Positions 24,601 through 26,471 of a DNA stretch of 26,471 nt are shown here, one piece after another (position 1 is the stretch's first letter; each line of letters starts with the position of its first letter). Below the pieces are notes generated by a model. It saw only the letters and a list, made by a program, of their open reading frames with translations. It did not search any database and had not been told where the DNA came from. The stretch comes from a virus (taxonomy: Duplodnaviria; Caudoviricetes), in IMG/VR virus record IMGVR_UViG_3300027797_002818, positions 1-26,471 of that record, one strand, 5' to 3'. The position numbers and the translations under genes were made by a program.

Positions 24601-26471
24601 CGCCTCGCACGTTGATCCATTTGGAGTCAGCTCAAACCTTGTGTGCTCAAGGTTCGGGTAGAAAGCATACAGCTCAGGGTGGGTTATGATATCACCAAGC
24701 GTGTAGCCCTTCGAATTGAAGCTGCGGTAGAACTCGTCATACAGGCTGGCGTCAACCGGGACTGCAGAGTCAGACACAAGCGTATCCAGCGTCTGGTCTA
24801 TGAGCTTATTCAGCTTATCATCCGCATTATAGATGCCTGCGGTAAGCATTCCATCAAGCCGGCCGCCAAACTTCTGCAAGCTAAGCTCGGCCTTCCTATC
24901 TGAAATCTCAAAGTAATCGTAGCTGTTGCCGAAGTGATCTACCATCCTACCAATAAGGCCCAGCTTTTCCATCTCGCGCTTCCTAATGTCGTCGAGCTTG
25001 GCTATAGCTTGGCTGCCGGTAAGCATCATCAGCTTGGATGACTGGACAGAGTCTATCTTCTTTGAGCCATAGCCTACACCCATAATGCTGCCTTGGCCAT
25101 CCACAGGACCATCAAGCGTCCTGACGGCCATCCTGAAGTCGCCATCAACGTCGGCGACGCTGCCGGTCCTTATGAACTGCCTAAGCATGTCCACGTACCT
25201 AGAGCCGGCACCGGGAGCCTTGGCGGTATCAACACCAAGCTTCTCGAGTAGCCTGTTGGCGCTTCCGTTAGACGGGAATGAATCAGAGTCTAGACTATGC
25301 TTAAAGTAGTTCTCCTGAGCCGCGAGGTACTGGCCTATCCTAAGGACGCCAGCCATGTGGGAGTTATGATCTGAGGATACTGTGTCGGCGTAGCCAGCTA
25401 CCACCTGCTCCACGAACATCATATTATCTCCGTACACACCGGCTTCCTTGAGCATGGAGGATATCTCTCCAGACCTGATCTCTCCTCCGTTTATCATATC
25501 TTCCTCAACCTTCCTCATGATACCCATGGCCTGAGCTAGCGACATGTGGGCGAGAAGCGTTTCCTTGGTAGCCTCCTTGGCGTCAGGCATCATGGCCATT
25601 AGCTTAGCTGGGCCATCTTTGCTTGCGAAGAACTGCAAGGCCATGGGAGGCATGATACCATCCCAAGCGTTGCCGCCCGGTATGATAGAACCAGCGCCCC
25701 GCTTAAGGCTGCTTGGGTCTATAGTGCTCATAGCCTTACCGCTAGTGTTAGACATGAACGCCCTAACCTCAGTTGAGGTGCCGACGATATGCGACACGTC
25801 AGCGATGCTTATTGCATGACTGCTAGATCCTTTTGGCTGTGCAGCTATCATGGCAGGTATGCCACTAGAGCCGACGTGCATGCCTCGCTCCTCGGCTATC
25901 CTTAGAGCCCTGCCCGGAGGCTGCCTGTTCACATTAACAGGAACATAGGCAATGTTACGCTTCTTCGCCTGCCCGTTAATGGAAGTCGAAGTAACCACTT
26001 CTCCAATACTCGGAGGCAGGGTATAGAAATCCATGCCCTGATGATGGCCTCCATTAAATAGTCCGCTCTTAGCCCTGATTTCACTCATGCCCGGCTTCAT
26101 ACCCCTATCGTCAAGCGTCCTCATCTCATGGAAGATAAGGCTAGAGTCATTGGTGACCCTCATGATCAAAGACAAAACGCGGATGTAATCCCTCTGGTGG
26201 TCGGCCAAGGACTCGCGGTCACCCTTGCCAATCTCCTTGGTGATCTCGCGCAGCGCGGTGAACAAATTGGTCATGGACACCACTGTCTGGACGTCCGGAT
26301 TGGAAAAATCAGCTATGACAGCAGACGTGATAAAGCCCTTCTTAGCCCCAGACTCCTGCCTAAGCTTGCCCTGCTTGTCAAAGAAGCCAGCTACCGACTT
26401 CTGGAACATGCCACCGCCGGCCGCCAGTCGCTTTACTGCAGCGCTGTAGTCAGAGATAAGCTGCTTGGCTA
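12670..26471 (-). CDS. Giant multidomain (polyvalent) phage protein, more than 4,599 aa, 5' end outside the window; probably virion-internal or ejected
   Basis: The frame has no stop from 26409 to the window edge, so the ORF-track ATG is probably internal. Contains LPD23-like YFEISD...TLGDIITHPELYAFYPNL, LLHEIQHAIQEAEKF (HExxH) and an LEEIQSD-type domain. Confidence 0.92.
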   Translation of the reverse strand, partial: AKQLISDYSAAVKRLAAGGGMFQKSVAGFFDKQGKLRQESGAKKGFITSAVIADFSNPDVQTVVSMTNLFTALREITKEIGKGDRESLADHQRDYIRVLSLIMRVTNDSSLIFHEMRTLDDRGMKPGMSEIRAKSGLFNGGHHQGMDFYTLPPSIGEVVTSTSINGQAKKRNIAYVPVNVNRQPPGRALRIAEERGMHVGSSGIPAMIAAQPKGSSSHAISIADVSHIVGTSTEVRAFMSNTSGKAMSTIDPSSLKRGAGSIIPGGNAWDGIMPPMALQFFASKDGPAKLMAMMPDAKEATKETLLAHMSLAQAMGIMRKVEEDMINGGEIRSGEISSMLKEAGVYGDNMMFVEQVVAGYADTVSSDHNSHMAGVLRIGQYLAAQENYFKHSLDSDSFPSNGSANRLLEKLGVDTAKAPGAGSRYVDMLRQFIRTGSVADVDGDFRMAVRTLDGPVDGQGSIMGVGYGSKKIDSVQSSKLMMLTGSQAIAKLDDIRKREMEKLGLIGRMVDHFGNSYDYFEISDRKAELSLQKFGGRLDGMLTAGIYNADDKLNKLIDQTLDTLVSDSAVPVDASLYDEFYRSFNSKGYTLGDIITHPELYAFYPNLEHTRFELTPNGSTCEASYSPLENVFRISPQAMLVSALGDRLRKRTGGVDIDYQSFMGHDANVEYVRGLLLHEIQHAIQEAEKFYHAGHIYIASDVANFATSGSGYPDRMALAAGAYAASVPNLPILLGGPEPMGILDSPEKQLAPGTGLDEHIVAVMRTYHRNSAKLVSHVRDASGKLEIIQPDDATATKEIQKILNAPVAHALISEFIPRTIAYYTSSRLKAESTMIKVLAGLNDGVMIADAVSYFENIIKTAERNIEEAKLLAQSIKGGDFVAAQRAAVSVSLSKADFDRISVGSRWPASVNALQSYDPTLIRMSSEVSLGASLTVGSIIDEADAIKAPWGFKAANTYMRLLQGVYYGTDPDEIMSNVTADRSRMSESELAASPRKVAENTYERLARLASNNGENLGQNASRIFRNPPKLNMIGGSVGAEKMNVSPFGESANNLFAGGMRMLARASLLGHYVHKANAELMHLGKLMYTSRGWHIGDDGLPVYISETGFLEGSPLLGQFGGDVRNLAANQEQVIRAKHDESAARRNLTEEQRTDLFGNAKDADSEDVIKFGKLLVDKSFIPTQMYQSGDMGFLGGISRDGGKTVTISDIAAAMGAKHVIEEHIGMSSRALNAIYKAEIPEVVESHKIVETFRAAGLSYEDINVAHLDHIEKNFKGVKFTRGELADMIAMIHDVPLLDVSGRGNTIPAIMRDIMSGVDSAEQFRKLYRAAMNPDAPNYYAPCMRAFINESLSGGNSNSDRAIPLRSLLKVDSTTEAGAGRFFLMEAIVETIQFNWNANEYIQRFVGGQAGKDLAKRIANALADRFPEHTDRGGYTDRDDVARMNIRVETSIDAMGQARRGNSSDFITPASAYYRFASRLERLLVELTPFAEKLAQKMEKSIRDTGEVIAGSSHTQRFQEMLAAFYSEALTAGLKDVVVSRVGEDGQKRIELSSREFQMMSQGKRSFYDGVTVNETLVRRGIGSPFMSEGSSGSVLHGLVGGASEAFAASARAYGLQSVMAGTSVHPAVPALSDTAYKPDKVLRNMHRSITFGPSSDVPDTVNITNGDEQIAIGLRSAEGGMNKAEASLSTSLYESKIPNADYDSEVPAYIRHAQFAQRALIIRANDLLKYISSMDGEEGLDRRIQILAGSSRIRGASMRELMLANPDTLRILTEPNIGEQSAKALGFLRMAETIDQQAYNIGLGNVTGIDQGSWDSIPATDRRDAGGYKPQSQAALVRHYTREGALVVTSAYEALGSTMEPHTASLLNGLTSTTASKKQKAIASEPLRVVARTSATGHNLLAEFVREADDEGAERVVNLDYTSADYEQKMLQMRIPRIARILGDFAAEAGTRFSVDREVVTDPGLIRYVVSRSFDSKDSLPTLIHKEYYKNGFIRNIAHTLDGTIPLLAAAQLLEATHLPRNTALSKKLRMWLKADKSRYHWHVAEKAPEVSDSQKLSLISSMSAAMAVMSVAHMRRPFMNSFGDMSSPMSMEVLAKVIGGVATESDNYDFQSMVRMSQGSMLNSMSIDAIKQFATLTGLAETQRTIRSLRKTGVNFNKAELLAIEAAVGTIAKRDVIDRMDANTFIHDVLGINPDTNTLLGGRGDYDLNWAAAKDRLSPLSLKKALATTNNWIDASAYQEVMVKALKGLSEIDGATPIISRNATTGKYTLPHSDNDTKGFVIDSSLHGGSMRGVFRLTDHSSIEPMRMDTSILEPDVREARRWADDAAYEGVGADDLEPGRYMRTNYEPLRAKPYDGGLGAVGAMFMSEDPIDLIEREPVMESGNVQIQFGNQGRSAIPASVIRGFVQESIIGRAQKDGAKTIEIAPAGQQLSYGGLGVSQIGGFNSAEGVLEASAQFHGRGMRSISKTTFQAYGNDKKKQPTMLTMEASRLRGFTQPPPASNYGTGYISDPHRAGEFAPKKGYAWKRLPDGRIMINLTGDHLGYKQDYQVRGAVRAGYGFSLSEGVGYDPNSGLLIPGNMQSQATTSDFLGMMKHPLASAFSQKDPMMMQAIIDSAVRDIRGMHHTRGKIDPMQPVLEGIPGHNLGAMERDQFKAFLLDTRIPIERRAFHAATMNDINGPSSYTSFILPAGTTTENLAAILMAMHVEPTLGGAFVESATRERKHRLNVGHEEIFKGDAKARGIFTMSQMDGDFGIVPSRQSGAYTKGILAGLEDNVQMGLSVDPHLMDDVYLAAHKIISGESGYFLPDTERTLSMNGDTGLAISQMFPGRKDLLAHSWDAKAAHGIKIWKRTNFMKDDNFRAYIVEMNHPSSFGLEGGLQIGKKAIAFKTEAQAIAFSNKLASSMTEASVLRSLAGGDFRVVERPDEGKGSKFFAEAKVREIERLQPSVGFSGELEGTGKYRVGDLDVAMDVQQARQVGKALGRNFHLEFDTPAVKLEQITGSSIPELEDMVRQKVNFGLPQGVMNFGSRAMNAIIRGLPGNNRDFQYLNGTEWFSLLTKNGVSKAEIRQTGLGHLLANNPAAKFSRQDMAEFMAAVYPTMRRSEPAMYLMHAAQQASALGFNPEESVKPLGNNTFVPPFIHDSRLQSRANQLMAVDALLSKRLELTTLYEKVSSEGADEATKAKLVEMVGFIEGHLRSFAEKIGVFRADRIDSVSLSDTIHGKLAEIVAKEGEPFASYDFRQLEQSRHAVNDRIKALASDAAIRAILGPVADEIGPYISSLVSPNMPHAATRPTNALATTLEAGKAIGFGWGSDMEDSLGQSMHYYGSFPYTTYIASPYQAHHQAIVRYADKDGLSDITAYLKEVRDNLKARKEKISRMTPGPELDAEKQKYTSEIALQQTIQRVAAVRLATSKRMAHDDNRNHGTHFEKAMPGSSSMSGGGGAYELGHSRTGWGMMTSALGIDGFATLTGIDPNGDLPLAFRREPISLLEEIQSDIFQKVDKIVPYSDPDMFLPVTLAEQEAFGRSSELTKLNKEYKDLLALANDSSRKAAEQLSTIIGTGTGGISTGTKDFDILSSRLFLDQTDIFQRSMMHEAVPALLRRTGRTAKVPDRIRESISRMTNGQVSPTEVFVYDFDHELIDTIRSYPYFSPENVENAVYEKMKQRMIENITNAEHADLSMRNPRAEQMKEKLLRDMRTIDGVASIAKKQLEMTAAIINRGVEAMRNQGLDALKKELDMLEAAGATGEMHRFVSELVSIGRNSSKIGDLIATHVVRSMIKDEKLATELGGHIDGTGAVDYESLVDRTIERIRKDYADSKSYIGKSVLIILDELKRRPAQARPHSEAAKSFSNVLHESQNALASRFKATIVALDVDTTPQEVGDTLANCPEVKGDFGQVWVRVNPVGQLGLGTAGNVTFRTFDTKEQFVAYAMALKKMGVANSAIHVYTAPYHRHNGSAAGDFAKNVVEIYSAMSGGPKFLEAANRKADEIAAMRKVVKETFSPNKSGHVSMPDGVEDITVFPDVMPFAEDGAYKTSQLIMNVLDSMNHGQHGMGIMDATYQIQRGGGISTPAGWLRIGGSQGHLLSLRDAGMPKDMTMYVSGAILAWEKNTGKSVNGPEGPHSGFFHRLATLEVAQHVGELTGGKVFTHGGQEGKLADHFKIALMALGREAEKAFPDDWMMAYRGRVGTYTGAPINLYGPISNRVHVYEGKKVVNKSNTDKITTKVGSEAGLFVAAGANSNSAGWGYIANYGLPQYALELAVPGSTEAFKLNYSLDSFDRPSVNVDGNWLVLSDASGKVIEKIDQTQASPRQLEAFRERYLRSSKYKGNNWMVRTFLKEFGPAGAYVDFGTISPTSIMKEFAGHFPTGTDESVFGDMDLSRIKEAIRAKYIERGLIGPQLNEKFAGENMPSGMAGDAMAPSRESNKAVTLALIERGMINQDQVGSSTTPMIVADKFELKGAGLQPYGNSINPMNRNIQPLMYRPDPSGTLAAGIEHKAHVDGLVKLFFPRAHLDPAASAAYVIRMTNPLTTTLVHSPLVRSKEEEIQFRRRVMEGIPLMQITGADVNGGESISTNGVKRLAFLLKRREMMPTLERDERR
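23490..25030 (-). other. LPD23-like plus HExxH metallopeptidase module within the giant protein
   Basis: YFEISD near 24910, TLGDIITHPELYAFYP near 24655-24705, HEIQH at 24424-24438, and distal YYGTDPDEIMSNVTADRSRMSESELAASP near 23495-23580. Confidence 0.75.

Noticed and set aside
26407-26409. ATG at 26409 as the start of the giant gene
   Set aside because: The frame stays open to the window edge and there is no leader-like sequence.
12737-26449. Many 60-140 aa plus-strand ORFs inside the giant gene
   Set aside because: Antisense shadows with Ser/Ile/Ala-rich, motif-free translations.

Overview
The window is part of a tailed dsDNA phage genome (or prophage; no integrase or att site is visible), probably infecting a Gram-negative host. 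Left end, minus strand: RusA resolvase, two hypothetical genes and the N-terminal ATPase part of the terminase large subunit, which runs off the window. A TerS-like HTH gene points the other way. From 3.4 to 11.25 kb (plus strand) is an early/replication region: RecE-like PD-(D/E)XK exonuclease, HTH replication initiator with internal iterons, DnaC/IstB-like loader, a secreted lysozyme-fold protein, ERF annealing protein, RHH-like regulators, small unknown genes with AC-rich SD-less leaders, and four tRNAs (Ile2-CAT, Arg-CCT, Leu-TAG, Ser-TGA). From 11.35 kb to the right edge (minus strand) is a giant ORF of more than 4,599 aa, open past the edge, followed by a holin and a membrane/lipoprotein gene that may be a spanin. 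The giant ORF contains an LPD23/HExxH metallopeptidase module, two divergent copies of a large unnamed domain, and a recurring linker motif. Most interesting: the modular giant protein, a tRNA set that appears matched to late-gene codons, divergent leaderless promoters whose -35 boxes are the start codons of the opposite genes, and the fused gene with an internal lipobox. All family calls come from motif recognition by eye; no searches were run.
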